From Octopus vulgaris (taxonomy: Eukaryota): a DNA stretch of 64,000 nucleotides. A program made the position numbers and the translations under genes. Location: NCBI GenBank assembly GCA_951406725.2, contig OX597820.1:83080001-83144000 (forward strand), read 5' to 3'. Positions 1-14,429 of this stretch are shown here, in pieces; positions within the stretch are counted from its first letter, which is position 1; each line of letters opens with the position of its first letter. The notes under the pieces were generated by a model that was not told the origin of the DNA, made no database searches, and worked only from the letters and a program-made list of their open reading frames with translations.

Positions 1-629
1 CTGGTCTTTTTATATTGTAAAGTGAAATTCGTATTTCTTGGAGTGAATTTATTTTCTTCTTCTGGCTTTCAAGATACTTTTCATACATGAATTGGGGAAA
101 CAGGATATAATGTTATTCATGCCTTTCCAAACAACAATGTGACATAAAAATATAATAATTCATTTGCTGTTACAAGCCAGACCGCCGTTCCTGAACATTA
201 GTCTTGATTTTCATATTACACCTAAATTAAGAGAATATTACACACACACTTTTGTGATAAGAGTTTGTATGAGAAAGAAGCAGACCGTCGTGTGAAATAC
301 CAAGTTGTGAGGCATTATGTATTCTAGAAATTTAATCCTGGAAGGATAAACTTCGGTTATCATATTTGTGTGGTAAGTTACATTTATCTACATGAATTCA
401 GGCTGAAAACGTATTGGGTGCGTAATTCGGAAGTTAGTACATGTGATTTTAGACTTATAGCTTAGGATTATTAATATGATCCAAAGAAGGTTTAAAGTTT
501 TTTTTGCCTGGTCTTTGAATGACATTAGATTTTTCCAGTCTGGTACAGTCTATTTTTCCAGTCTATTGTATTATTACCAGGACTGAGCTTTGTGGATAAT
601 GCTCTTCACTCCTTCATCGAGATAACAGC

Positions 630-847
<218 letters not shown>

Positions 848-972
848 ATATTTCTGAAAACAGTTTGATTCGTATTCTGTGTTATTCCAAGTTTCAAAGC
901 CCATAATGGAGCCCCTCCTCAGACCGGACAGAATCTGAATTCGGATTTTGAATCTGATTCAAACTCTGACTG

Positions 973-1004
973 GCCCGAGGAAAAGCTTCGAAACTTGAAG
1001 TAGC
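973..1004 (+). ncRNA. Minimal type I hammerhead-like motif, CCGAGGA (U4C) core
   Basis: gc-CCGAGGA-aaagcttc-GAA-acttgaagt-A-gc; helix III near-palindrome ACTT/G/AAGT; flanked by inverted aattcggatt/aatccgaatt and followed by AATAAA at ~1049; helix I only 2 bp. Confidence 0.5.
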
Positions 1005-1086
1005 ACGGAATCCGAATTAAACTGTTTTGAATAATACATGTAACATCCAATAAAGTGTTGAACGCTCTTTCTTTCGTCTGTCCCTC

Positions 1087-1130
<44 letters not shown>

Positions 1131-2127
1131 CATACACACAAACACACAAACACACACACACACAAACACACACACACAACGCTCGCACACATATATACTC
1201 ACACACACATATATAGCAAGATAGATGGATAGATGTACATAGAGACATATAATTGTATGTATATACGACCCCTACCCGCACACACACACATTGTGGTGCA
1301 TAACACATGCGTATACCAGCGGAGTTGTGATAAATTTAAACGTTACGTAGCTTCATAGTGGGCTAAAAAAGAAAGTAAACATATTCTATCTTACTGATGT
1401 GCAGAAGTAAGAGAAAGGAGAGAATCAACAAGAGGAGGAGAGTGATTGGGAGAGAGAGGAGATAGGGAGAGAAAGAGAGAGAGAGAGTGTGTTTGTGAGA
1501 GATGTGGGGAGTCTGGGAGACAAAAACAGACAGTGGAAAGAAAACAGAAAGGGAGAAAAAGAGTTAAACAAGGTATAGAAAACGGAAGAACAGTCATTAA
1601 GAGATATTGTAGAGATTGAGTCAAAATGGTGAAAGTTCACAACACAAACAACAACCTTATCACAAAGTCTGGATCGAAATAATAGGGAGAAGAAAACATA
1701 AGTAGAGGAAAAAACAGCAAAAGAATAGAACCCCGAAAGAAACAGATACAATTTTCAAGTTTGTTGTGCAGTAAATAAGGACGATAACACAGGAGTATAA
1801 TTAGGAAAATTAGCGGGGTTGGTACAAATTAAGCGAGACAGAACAAGAAGTATACCGTAGCACGGAGAAAAATATATGACAAATTCTTAAATCTATATAT
1901 TTAACACAAATAGATACAGAACAGAATTAGCTGTAGCAGTCTAGACACACCGAACAATTGGCTTAATATCAAACGATATCAAGCAGACTGTGAAATTCAT
2001 TGGATTGAAGGAAAAAAAAATCAAATAAACAGGAGATTGATGTACATAGAGGTAATACTGGAAGAAAGATGTATAAATTTCTTGTGGGAATTGGCTTTTA
2101 TATATGCATGCGTGTTTGTGTGCTTCT

Positions 2128-2425
2128 GTGTGGTCACTACCTTACCATCTATATCTAGATAGTAAGGTAGTGTGTTCGATTCCTGTCCGCACATTGTTTC
2201 CTTGAGCAAGACATTTTATTTCTCAATGCTCCCATCCACTGTGCTGGTAAACATGAGTTGTACCTGCAATCCAAAGTACTTACCTTGTCACACCGATCTC
2301 CCTGAGAACTGCGTTCAGGGTTGTGTCTGTGGAGTGCTCAGCCACTTGCACGTCAATTTCACGAGCAGGCTGTTCCGGTGATTGTAGCAACTGGAGCTTT
2401 ACCACCATCGTATCCGACAGAGAGC
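2128..2425 (+). mobile_element. tRNA-derived SINE (family A), decayed head, followed by (TACA)n
   Basis: B-box gtgttcgattcc, ccttgagcaagaca central block; 3' half matches the reverse complement of 61530-61720. Confidence 0.8.
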
Positions 2426-2734
2426 CATACATACATACATACATACATACATACATACATGCATACATACATACATACATACATATTTGTATATATATAT
2501 ATATGATGTAATGTACTCATTAATCTATTCAAGAATCCGCTGGAAACCGCTGTGATGAAGTGACGCTTATCCATCTTTCATTATTTATATGTTTGCATAT
2601 ATATATTTTCAACAACATTGAGGAACGGCCCCGATAGGCCATTCGACCCACTAGAAAGAGCAGCCAAGGCTCAAACCGCTAAATAGTAGTAATTCAGAAA
2701 TTAAAGGAAAATTAAAAAACATTTACCATATTTA

Positions 2735-2842
2735 TCTTTAGACAATGCATTGTTTCGACGTCCTTTATGGCAAACCAGACTAATTATATTAAATTAAATT
2801 TAATCAAGTCAATTTACCAAAGGCCCGTCTCATCGGTAAAGA
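2735..2842 (-). ncRNA. Type I hammerhead ribozyme motif, CCGAUGA core, long helix II, 12-nt palindromic helix III
   Basis: Reverse complement reads tcttta-CCGATGA-gacg...cgtc-GAA-acaatgcattgt-C-taaaga; helix I 6 bp; helix II extended by ccttt/aaagg and tggtaaatt/ggtttgcca. Confidence 0.8.
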
Positions 2843-3109
2843 AGCTAGGAGGAATAGATATACAAGAGGCAGCAGCATTTGTGCCTCGGGAATATATACC
2901 CTAAATTTTCAAAACCACCGTAATCGCGCCAACTTATCAGCAGCAAATATAAACTGCTGATTCAATTTCAGAATTAGTCAGAAAATCATTAATTAATCAA
3001 TACAAGGCTAGTAAAAAATTCAATAGAATTACGGTGGTTTTGAAAATGTAGGGTATATATTCCCGAGGCACAAATGCTGCTGCCTCGTGTATATCTATTC
3101 CTCCTGGCT

Positions 3110-3217
3110 TCTTTACCGATGAGACGGGCCTTTGGTAGATTGACTTGATTAAATTTAATTTAATTTAATTAGGCTGGTTTGCCATAAAGAACGTCGAAAC
3201 AATGCAATGTCTAATGA
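3110..3217 (+). ncRNA. Second (inverted) copy of the CCGAUGA hammerhead motif
   Basis: tcttta-CCGATGA-gacg...cgtc-GAA-acaatgcaatgt-C-taatga; one mismatch each in helices I and III. Confidence 0.75.
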
Positions 3218-4217
3218 TAAATAGTGTAAATGTTTTTTAATTTTCCTTTAATTTCTGAATTACTACTATTTAGCTGTTTGAGTCTTGGCTGCTCTTTCTA
3301 GTGGGTCGAATGGCCTATCGGGGACGTTCCTCAATGTTGTTGAAATTATATACATAGTCTGTGACTATTTTCTCTTTCTCACTAGACCGCTGGTGGCAAA
3401 AAATGTCTATTGAATTTTTTACTACCCTTATATTGATTAATTTGTATATATATAGTTGAAATTTACAGAAAAACAAAAGACGAAGAGAGGTGTATGAAGA
3501 ACGAGCAGGTGTATTAGTTTGATGCTCGAGGATTTTAGAATGTGTTTTACGTTTTGGCTCTACGCTCTTCAATACAAAGTAATAAAAGAAAAGAAAGTGA
3601 GATACGATAAAAAAAATGTGTATATCCATTTTATACTCTCTCATTCTTTCTATCAATTCTTAAAGCTAATTATCTGTTAATATATTTCTGCGTATATACA
3701 TAAATCCACTCCTCTTCTTTATTTATCTATTTCTATTTCATATGAGTTTTTCATGAAATCACCTTCCACAATATGAAACAGAAAATCAAGAGTAAATAAA
3801 TCTCCAGTTGTTAAATTGATTTATTTCCACTTTTACATCTCAAAGATTCACCTAGGATATACTTCAGCGTACAATCAATTTTCATATTATTCTTTAGTAG
3901 AGATAACATGTTCTCAAAACCTCTATAAGTCTTCTTACGGCTGTATCAATCGCAGCAAACGGTTCGTAGCCATTGGCATCTCAATATTTGATTGTATAGC
4001 CATAAATACTTCCAGTACAATATTGATAATTTTAGTCTGTTTTATATGTCAAACATATTAACACATGTGTGTACACCCACACACATATATGTATATGGGT
4101 ATACAGATATTTATATATAAACATTTCCAGAGAGAAAGGATATGTTCCTTGTTTGTTGATTCAGTCACAGTGCTTAGTACAACTGGCCGAGTTTCACTTT
4201 CGCACACACACACAGTA

Positions 4218-4413
4218 TTGATTTCAAATTTTGACACAAGGCCAGAAATTTCGGGGTTGTGGGAAATGAATTACATCGACCGCAGAGTTTAATTGGTATT
4301 CAGTTTATCGGTCCCGAATGGCATGAAAGGCAAAGTCGAAATCAGAACATGCAAACGGGAGGAATGCTGCTAAGAATTTTGCTCGCCCTGCTAACGATAC
4401 TGCCAGCAAGCGG
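4218..4413 (-). mobile_element. SINE (family B; gtcgactttgcctttcat...cgataaa..gtacca central domain)
   Basis: Shares blocks with 18351-18503, 21399-21585, 33843-34230, 37767-37950. Confidence 0.75.
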
Positions 4414-4429
4414 CGTTATACAAACACAT

Positions 4430-4478
<49 letters not shown>

Positions 4479-5173
4479 ATTAAATCAAAACTGCTTACTA
4501 TTAAAATGAGATTTTGCTGGTCACTTAAAAAAAGAAATCTGACATTAATTTCATTTTAATGATGCTGCCTCCTTATGTCAAACACATGTATATATACCAT
4601 TTGTTTGAGTTGTGGTCGTTAGTAGGGTGTTGTTTTCCCAGTCATTCTTAATAAGAGTGGTTCCGAAGAAACAACATCGGTTTTAAAAAACGTTTTTATA
4701 TGAACATTCTTACTCACAATTCAGAATATATGTCTCTATCTGCTTGTCTCTCTATCTAGTGTGTGTGTGTGTGTATGTGTGTGTGTGTGTGTCAGTGAGT
4801 GCATATTTGGAAGTGTTTGTGTGTATATTCAAACATAACTAAGTCTCAGTGTGTATAAACAAGACTGTAAACTTAGTGAATGTATTTTGAAATATAGTTT
4901 ATACAATAAGCTTATCTGATTATCTTCAGTGCCTTTAGCACACAAAGTAAAATCAATTGATACTAAGATATCCGTACTTTACTTTGTGATTTTTGCGAAG
5001 GTAAGGAGCTATTTTTTCTTATATTCTCTAAGTTAACCGTGCGTGTTTATTTATAGTCAAATAATTGTGGCTTTGGGGGTATTGACTCCTATTTCTAGTA
5101 AAGCTGGTACATTTGATACCTTAATTTTTATATATACATATTTTACCTATTTTGGCTAAACCTTGCTGACCGC

Positions 5174-5700
<527 letters not shown>

Positions 5701-8117
5701 ATAAGCATATCTCATTAAACATTTTGTGTGCGTGCATACACACACATATAGAGGAGGAAATAGAGAGAGAGAGAGGATAAAAGAAACAGACAAAGGGACA
5801 GACAGTCGAACATACAGACTAACATACATACAGAGAGCAGAGAAAGGGAAGGAAAGAGAGGAAAAAGAGAAGGAAAGAGAGAGGATCTTATTCCCATTTT
5901 CATCTCTAAAAGATCCGGATACCCGTTTGCGAAGACCTTCAGCTTCCAAAATACTCCATGTTTTACTCAATATTTTATCTCCGTTTTCGCATTTTACATC
6001 TTGTTGGCATTAACCTGATCACACGAACACTCCATAAAAATATGTTAAGACATATATAGCTAGCTACTTAGAATTAGAATGATAGGGCAAGATATAATTT
6101 TATGTCAGTCTCTCTCTCTCTTTTACTCGCATATATTTCCATAATTCATTCCGGATTCAAAGAAACCACTCATTTTTGAAAATATTCGTGTTACTGTATT
6201 CAAACATACATAAATATACATAAACACATGCACCCCGCTATATATATATATGTATAATCACACACAGCCCTTTTTTGTTTGTGTATGAATGAATATATGC
6301 ATGCAGAATGAGACACGGGAAGAAAACGAGAGAGTAAATGAAAAAGACAGAATGTCTGAGTGTATTAAAAGAGGAATTGATAATTTGTGTATGTAGTAAT
6401 TTCAAATGTTAATGAATAAATGAAAGTGAGAAAGGAGACAACTAAAAGAAACAATATTTATCGAAGCAGTCTTGCTGTCTTCTATGTGTAATGTGTAAGG
6501 TGTTGATAGTTTAATGACTGTAAAATGAAACATTGTGTGCATTTTATCAATGCCGTTGCAGTGAATGGTGGAGGCAGATACTGTGTGTTAGTTTTGTTCG
6601 CATATTTACCATAGTATATCTTGAAAGCAAAGCAAGGTCTTGTATTTGGTTTCTGTAAATTGCAACATAAGTTATAACGTTGATATGGTTAGGAAAGGAT
6701 GGAATTACATAGCAAAATTATCACGATGATAGCGATAATCACGTTGATGGTAATGGTGATGAAGATAGCTGTAAATTTATAACTTTAATTGGAATCATAA
6801 TGATGCAATGCTAGCTTCAGGACAGATGCTGATCAAATTATTCCATGTTTGTTGTATTAATTTGAATAATATAACTGATGGGCATAGATATGGATGTGTA
6901 AGTAGAGACTCTAAATTGCCATTTGTAATGTGTAAGAATATTTTTTGCCCATTTATTTTTTCGAATCATGCGCTGTTTTCTAAGAAATTTTAATCACGTA
7001 CGTTTGAATCATTTTTTGTAAATAATTTACAAGCGTTTAACGCTTCAGTGCATTCTATAGAAGACTGTATGCAATAAGGGTATTTGTAAAATGAAATAAT
7101 ATTACATAAAAAATCTTTAAGGTTGATTGTGGAGTTACTTTATAAATAGGAATGACAGTATCTATTCTGAAGTTAAGCATGACAGAAGAATTGTTATTAT
7201 CAGTTTAGGAGGTTTATACATTATACATATTAGCATGCATGCATAAACACATAGAAGCATACAAGATGTTACTGTCAACAACGGTTGTTCACGAGGTTTT
7301 CGAAAGTTTTCAACAAATATTTCGACGTAAATAAACCTGCCAGGCATCAATTGCAGGCACATACAAAAACACAGACATACAGAGACACGGGCAGACAGAC
7401 AGACAGACACACACATGCACACACACGCACACACACACACACACACACAGAGGAACTAGTCTTTTTAATTCGCATGAGCCCCTCTTTAATTTTGCTCAGA
7501 TTGCTTTCAATTTTGGTGTATCAACGCAACACTGAATTTTGATTACGATCAACCAATTACTTTATCTCGTAAATGAAAGAATCTGATGTTATTTGGAATT
7601 AAATTTGGGAAATTTAGGCAATTTTAGCCGATCAACAGACAGCGAGGGAGTAACATCTTGTTGCCATGATAACTGCACATTGTGTTGTGCTCCAACCGTA
7701 TGCTGTGATGATTCTTCACACTTCACACCACGAGATTTACTTCACCCGCGTGTTTTCTTTTATAAAAAAATTATAATTTTCAATTTGAATTTTATTATTA
7801 ATATTTTTCGCCAATTGTCTTAATATTTTACATATATTTCATATATAGCACAAGTTGTTTGCGATTATTATACAGTTTTTTAGCATTGGGATGGTGAATG
7901 GAATATGTGAACTTAGTAAATATAATTTGAAATTATTTTTTCAATTCTGCATGCAAAACATATAAGATATACAAATTCATTTTCTTCGGACAAATTCTTT
8001 GCTGACCAGTGTTATTCTTATCGTAGTTTTCAAATGCAAGCACGAAAACGTTACTCAACTTTGCATTTTTTGAGACAGACACCTTTTCACACACACACAT
8101 ACACTCACGCTCACAAG

Positions 8118-8148
<31 letters not shown>

Positions 8149-9703
8149 TTATATATTAATGATGTGCAGAAATACATGACAGGTAGTCATAATACTCATA
8201 AAGTAAATAATACGCATAAAGCAAACATATGCAGACAAATATATTGATATTACAAATTTAAAAACTTATGATAAAAATATGCAATAATTGAAAAAACAAA
8301 AGAAACAGTAAGATGATACATGTTAGTTTTATTAGGTATTTCTGTTTACACAGAAACTTACAACGAAGAGGTCATTTCACAGAAGGCTAAACTATAAATT
8401 TCACAGGGTACAACATTAAAGTCGACATCGCTCCGCTAAACGCGAAAATTTCTGTCTTACTATTGGTTATAAATATAGAGATTTTTCGATTCTTATACTC
8501 TGTAATATTTTCCTCCAATTTTTTTCTCCACAACATCATACCTTTATGGCAATTAAACTGGAAACTTTTATTATTATAGCCGATTTTCTGATTTTTCACT
8601 GTCTTTTAAAAAAATGCATATTTTGCAGATGAAAAAAAAAAACGATCCCAAACAGGTCCATAGGTAAAACCGCTAAACATTGTGGTCCCATCAGAAACGA
8701 CGGGGAAAGTTTATTTGATCAAGTACATTTATATTATAAATGTCGTATATTATATTATAAATGTCGTATATTTATATTATAAATGTCCTGCTCTGTAAAG
8801 ACGCTTTGTTATTGGGGGTGTATTATTGTTATTGTTTCCTGTCTTTAGTTAAAAACCATTGTCGAAATACATCTACATTACATGTTTCACTTCGTTACAA
8901 TTCAAAATTCCTTCTGTTATTTTGTCCAGTATATTTTTACGAATTTATGTTCCGCTTTGTCTCCTTGTTCTTCCTAATGATAACCTTTTCGTGTATTTCT
9001 TGTTGTGGACTGTCACAGTTTCTTGCATCTCCGAAAACCTCAACTGATTTTGCTTGTTACAACTTTATTTAATATTTTTTTTTGTGCTTTTTCCTCTAGC
9101 CGTCTCTCTGAACATCTCCCCTCTCTCTTTATTTCTCTGCTTTCATATATGCTTGCTCTTGATACTACGTTACCAACGAGAGAGTTTAATTATGTCTTAC
9201 ATCACCCCTTGATTTCCTCCGTCTTATGTCTGTCCCTTTTTGGCATTTGCACTATTTGGACCAATTTTTTCCTCTTCTCTATGAGTTCCTGATCTCTAGA
9301 ACTTAGTGCTGCTCCACGCTTTTCTCTTTAGAGCAATTTATGTAGTCAAAAGACAAGATAGGTTTTTATTTGTGATCTATAACCATGGATTAATTTTGCT
9401 TGATAGTTTGATGCCATACATTATGGTATTACCTGGTGTTCGAACTCATGCAAAACATTAGGTCAACACTGATAAATGGAGGCTTTTGTTTATGTCATAT
9501 TTTGATATTCTGTTATATAATCCATCGGTCTCTCAGGTCATTTAAATATAGCAACAATTGAAAGAACTAGATACAAATCGAGATTTGATTCAAGTTTCAC
9601 ACCAGAAAACCAGTACTGTTTTCATTGCTGCTTACATATACTTTTGCTTAATTGTTTTCGCATTTCACTTTTGTTTTCACTGCTTAGTTGATTTCGCTAG
9701 TTT

Positions 9704-9808
9704 GAGTATTGTTGCTCGACCCTTGAGTGCTGTTGTTTAAGTTTCGTGTACTGTTGTTCGACTCTTGCGTAGTGTTCTTCGAATCTTGTGTACTGTTGTC
9801 CGACTCTT
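9704..9808. repeat. 21-bp minisatellite, 5 diverged units
   Basis: Units gagtattgttgctcgaccctt / gagtgctgttgtttaagtttc / gtgtactgttgttcgactctt / gcgtagtgttcttcgaatctt / gtgtactgttgtccgactctt. Confidence 0.85.
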
Positions 9809-9993
9809 TCTGCAGTTGCTACTGTTGAAGTTGTTGATGCAACAACTATTGCTGCTGGTGCTGTTGCTTTTGCAACTATAATATAGAATCAAATACGTCT
9901 TCTACAATCAACAACTTTGTATTACAAAAATTTGTGATCTGCGTGAACTTTGAAGCCTCGTTGCCAGTATATACTCATCCTTGTCTCTAATAT

Positions 9994-10277
9994 TGTTGTA
10001 TCGGCAATTGTTGTGAAGATACCTTTTTTACACTATAACCGGGTAGTAACAATAAAATGTATACCGAAGCAGGGTAACAAGAGCGTAACAATGCAACAAA
10101 CTCTCCACGGAGAATACATGAACAAAGAAGCGATATTCCGACAAACTACTGAAACGACACCTTACAGCTTCCTGCGATTAATGCCTACCCTTCCTGACAC
10201 TCACTCATACCACTAGTTTTTATAGTCGTTCGGTCGAGTCTCTTCTCGCACAGGGTGTCGTGACCCTCGCCACAACA
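9994..10277 (-). mobile_element. Candidate solo LTR
   Basis: TGTTGT...ACAACA termini, ATAT on both flanks (low complexity), TATAAAA on the minus strand near 10217-10223. Confidence 0.4.
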
Positions 10278-10297
10278 ATATATATATCTTTATCTAT

Positions 10298-10391
<94 letters not shown>

Positions 10392-10445
10392 GTCTATCTA
10401 TATATATATATATATATATATATTTATAGATGTATGTGTGTATTT

Positions 10446-10478
<33 letters not shown>

Positions 10479-10678
10479 TCATATATATATGTATTTATGT
10501 ATATATATATGTGTGTATGTATATATATATATACTTGTCTGTATGTATATATATATATGCGTATATATGCATATATATATGTATATATTTATATATGTGT
10601 GTATATATATTTGTATATATACAAATATTTTCATATATGTATATGCATATATATACATATGTATATATACACACACAG

Positions 10679-10719
<41 letters not shown>

Positions 10720-10720
10720 C
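10278..10720. repeat. Compound (TCTA)n/(TA)n/(CA)n microsatellite
   Basis: Direct reading; source of the 169 and 230 aa pseudo-ORFs. Confidence 0.95.
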
Positions 10721-10860
10721 AAGGGGCTTATTTCAGTTTCCGTCTACTTTGGTCGGCCCGAGGCAATAGTAGATGACATTTGCCGAAGGTGTCACACAGG
10801 GACTAAACCCGGAAGCATGTGGTTGGGAAGCAAGCGTCCTACCACACAGCCAATCTTGCA

Positions 10861-10862
<2 letters not shown>
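10720..10862 (-). mobile_element. SINE family C, 5' half (tRNA-like head)
   Basis: Matches 41590-41752 (tttcagtttccgtctac...ttggtcggcccgaggc...atgtggttgggaagcaagc...accacacagcc). Confidence 0.8.
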
Positions 10863-10903
<41 letters not shown>

Positions 10904-10926
10904 TCACATATATATATATATATATT

Positions 10927-10960
<34 letters not shown>

Positions 10961-11025
10961 TGTATGTGTGAAAGTTTCAAAATTATAAACATAGATGTCC
11001 TCAAATATCTTACGCAATCTGTGTG

Positions 11026-11073
<48 letters not shown>

Positions 11074-11811
11074 GTGTGCGTGTGTGTGTATGTATATATG
11101 TATGTATGCATGTATATATTGAATAGAATGGCAATCTCCTTTTTTCTTTTGAAACATCTGAATATTAAATATTAGAAAAAAGCGTGGAGGTGTTTCACTT
11201 ATATGTTTGGGTGGGGATCAAATGTGTGGAAAAAGAATTTTTGAGCAAAGGTAATTTTTCCAAGAAATAGAGAGTGTATAGAAATAAAGCTGTATTTTTC
11301 AGATAACGATAAACAACAGATGTGGCATTGCAGCTGTATCAGACATGAGTCTCTATTTTCTGCTGATTCTTATACATCAATGTAATTATAATTTTTGTTT
11401 TAAATGTTGTCAATGAAATGCTTCTAAATTACCTCACTACACAAGCTTTTGAAATGAAAGTATTGTTAACTGATATACAACTTTGCTTCTTTTCATTCTG
11501 CTTCTAATTGGACAGTTAAATGTTACTAAGAGTTACTTTTCTGTTTATATTACACTTTTAAATTATAATGATAGTAAAAAAAAAAATTTTTTAAACTTGT
11601 TTTCATGCAGCATTTCAAGTAAGCCAAGATGCTTTCTTGATATATTTCTATACTTGTATTTTAACCATAATGTTTACTTTTTATGTATAATCTATTTCGA
11701 AAGGAAATAAATTTATTATATGAAGATTTTCGATAAAGAAATTTATGAATAAAAATGTATATTTAAAAACCGAAAGATGTCATACGTAGGGCCCATATCC
11801 TCATTTTCTGA

Positions 11812-12130
11812 AGGCGCATGGCTCAGGGGTTAGAGCGTCGGGCTGACAATCATGAGGTAGTGGGTTGTTTTCCGGCCTGGGCTGTGTATTGTGTTCTTGA
11901 GCAAGACACTTTATTTCACGATGCTCTAGTTCACTCAACTGTACAAATGAGTTGCGACGTCACTGGTGCCAAGCTGTATCGCTCTTTGCCATTCCCTTGG
12001 ATAACAACGGAGAGGGTTGTATAGACGACCGCTGGTCTTCCATAAATAACCTTGCCCGGACTTGTGCCTCGGAGGTGACCTTTCTAGGTGCAATTATATC
12101 ATCATTCATGACCGAAGGGGGTCTTTATCC
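11812..12130 (+). mobile_element. tRNA-derived SINE with A-box tggctcaggggttagagc and cttgagcaagacacttt central block
   Basis: A/B-box-like head; central block shared with 2128-2425 but different tail. Confidence 0.8.
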
Positions 12131-12417
12131 TTATTTCACTTTACTCATCTAAGAATTCTATACAAAATTATTGAATAGCAAACATAAAATATTGGAATGG
12201 ATTAGCATTTAAATATAATCTCTTTGATTTACTCTAATTCATGTTGCTTGTAAGTACTGAAAATGAAATGACAGCCACGTTGAAACCTGCGCGAGAGACA
12301 CTAAAAGTGAAATTTTATGAATATATACACAATTTGGACCGAACAGGAAGGATGGTCGTTTTGCTTACGTTAGTATTCAGGAGTTATCTCGGTCCAATTT
12401 AATAAAATGTCTATCTA

Positions 12418-12454
<37 letters not shown>

Positions 12455-12455
12455 T

Positions 12456-12530
<75 letters not shown>

Positions 12531-14074
12531 AGATAGCTAATTACCTCCGTCGTTTTTGTGTGTGTGCATGCATTTATAAAAATGAAGCCTGTTAATCAAT
12601 TTGTAAATATACCTCCATACGTTAAATGTAAAACATAAAAAGTCATTTTATAAATCCTTTAGTAAGTGCTTGTAATGGAATTAGTTAACAGAGTGTCTTG
12701 AGTTGCTGTATATTTTAAGATTATTCTCTAGCTAATTGAATATGTGAATATTTATTAGGAGAACACAGCACATTTATTCATTTAAAGAAATATATTTTAG
12801 ATGTTTTGTCAAAACAGAATGGGAAATTATATTTATTTCAATACCAAATCTCTATAATTGGATTCTTCACAATATATTAATAGAATAATAATTTTTCTAA
12901 AAGATTTATTAAATAAGAAGCTATAAAGTATAATGAAAATAAACCCAGAAAAATGAAATGCTTTTAAAAGTATCTATAATTGATAATATTGAGATGAAAT
13001 GGAAACGGAAAGAAAATTGTGAAAAGAATGATTAGAATTGGCAATAAAGTATTAAAAAAAAGTTAAGCAGAGAAAAAGAAAGTATGGACCTTTTAAACTA
13101 AACTATAGTAATGTTCTAGATTTTCGTGGAATTGTTATCGCAACTTAGAAAACATTGTTTAGCAATTATTTAATGTAAATTAAAATCGAATCATTGTGTA
13201 TTTCCAAAATCGTATGATGTTATCGATCTATAAAACCTATACAGATGCATACCTTCAATCACACAGAGAAACAAACGCCCATACCAAACACAGATATACA
13301 TACATGCATACAAACACAAACATGCATGCAGACATATTAAGAGATAACCATATATACCCTCGTTCGAAAGCAAATCTTTCAAGTTAGAAAGGATTCTGGT
13401 AAATTAAAGAATACATATTCATAAACGTATGCATATACATGTATATAGGTGTGTGCGTGTGTATGTATGTATGTGTGTATGTGTGTATGTGTGTATGTAT
13501 GTGTGTGTGTATGTGCGTGTGTGAGTGTACATGCATATGTGTGTATATGTATAGACACATAAACGCACACATACATTTATGCATATGTATTCTAATTGAC
13601 ATTGCACCTCTTATCTTACGAGCTTAGCTTCCATATTTCCGAAGGTAAGAATAATACTTTGATGAGTCTATTACCTGTAAAACACGAGAGAAATTTGCGG
13701 TCTTTCTTCCTTTGTAACCGCACATGTTAAAGCAACCTACTGTATCCTTCAACAAAATGTCTGAAACTTTATATAACTATCATAAACTCAGTTCATTATT
13801 TGCTAAATTTCGGTCAGTAGAGAATCATTTTTTTCATTAGAAAGAATCCACTTTTTCATTCACATTTGGTGAGTATAACTTTGACCAAGAGAAGTTTATA
13901 TCATCAGAGTATATTGATAGACCACTGGGTGTTTCAACCCAGAAACTTAACAATTTATAAACACATATATCGTTTAATGATCAAATATACACACGCTGAC
14001 CCATATACCTGTACACGCAAATATAAATACATGCACATCTATCAATCATGTATCTGTCTGTCTGTCTGTTAGTG

Positions 14075-14169
<95 letters not shown>

Positions 14170-14222
14170 ATGTCTATCTATCTATCTATCTATCTATCTA
14201 TATATCTATATATCTATCTGTG

Positions 14223-14265
<43 letters not shown>

Positions 14266-14429
14266 ATATCTATCTATCTCTATCTATCTATCTACGCGCC
14301 TTTACCTATCCTTATCTACAACCTAATTTAAACTAACCCATATGGCGTAGTGTATGTGAATTCATAAGTCCATATAAATAGATGCAGCGGTACAACTGCG
14401 TTTACACGAATTTTCCTCCACATAATTAA

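Larger units (their letters stand above)
2607..3345. mobile_element. Fold-back element: ~318 bp inverted arms (2607-2924, 3028-3345) each carrying a hammerhead motif; Penelope pLTR-like, ORF-less
   Basis: Arms are near-perfect reverse complements (e.g. caacaacattgaggaacg / cgttcctcaatgttgttg), ~100 bp spacer, TA-rich flanks. Confidence 0.9.

Noticed and set aside
100-620. Possible very old CR1/L2-type RT remnant on the minus strand
   Set aside because: Only faint, frameshifted motif echoes; cannot be supported by eye
3830-4030. Possible RTE RT remnant on the minus strand (NIVLEV...)
   Set aside because: The catalytic YADD-type motif is not recoverable
4930-5000. Possible 71-nt exon (ttcag|...gaag|gtaagg, open frame VPLAHKVKSIDTKISVLYFVIFAK)
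   Set aside because: No recognisable homology or partner exons; such splice-like pairs arise by chance in 64 kb
8024-8056. agt-tttcaaa-tgcaagcac-GAAAACGTT-act hammerhead-like string
   Set aside because: Core deviates at critical positions and there is no supporting repeat structure
8727-9808. CRISPR-like arrays (21-22 bp repeats at 8727-8787 and 9704-9808)
   Set aside because: Head-to-tail tandem repeats without spacers, eukaryotic context and no cas genes
11812-11885. tRNA gene (also 61840-61909, 62561-62630)
   Set aside because: A/B boxes are present but there is no complete cloverleaf and the sequence continues into SINE bodies
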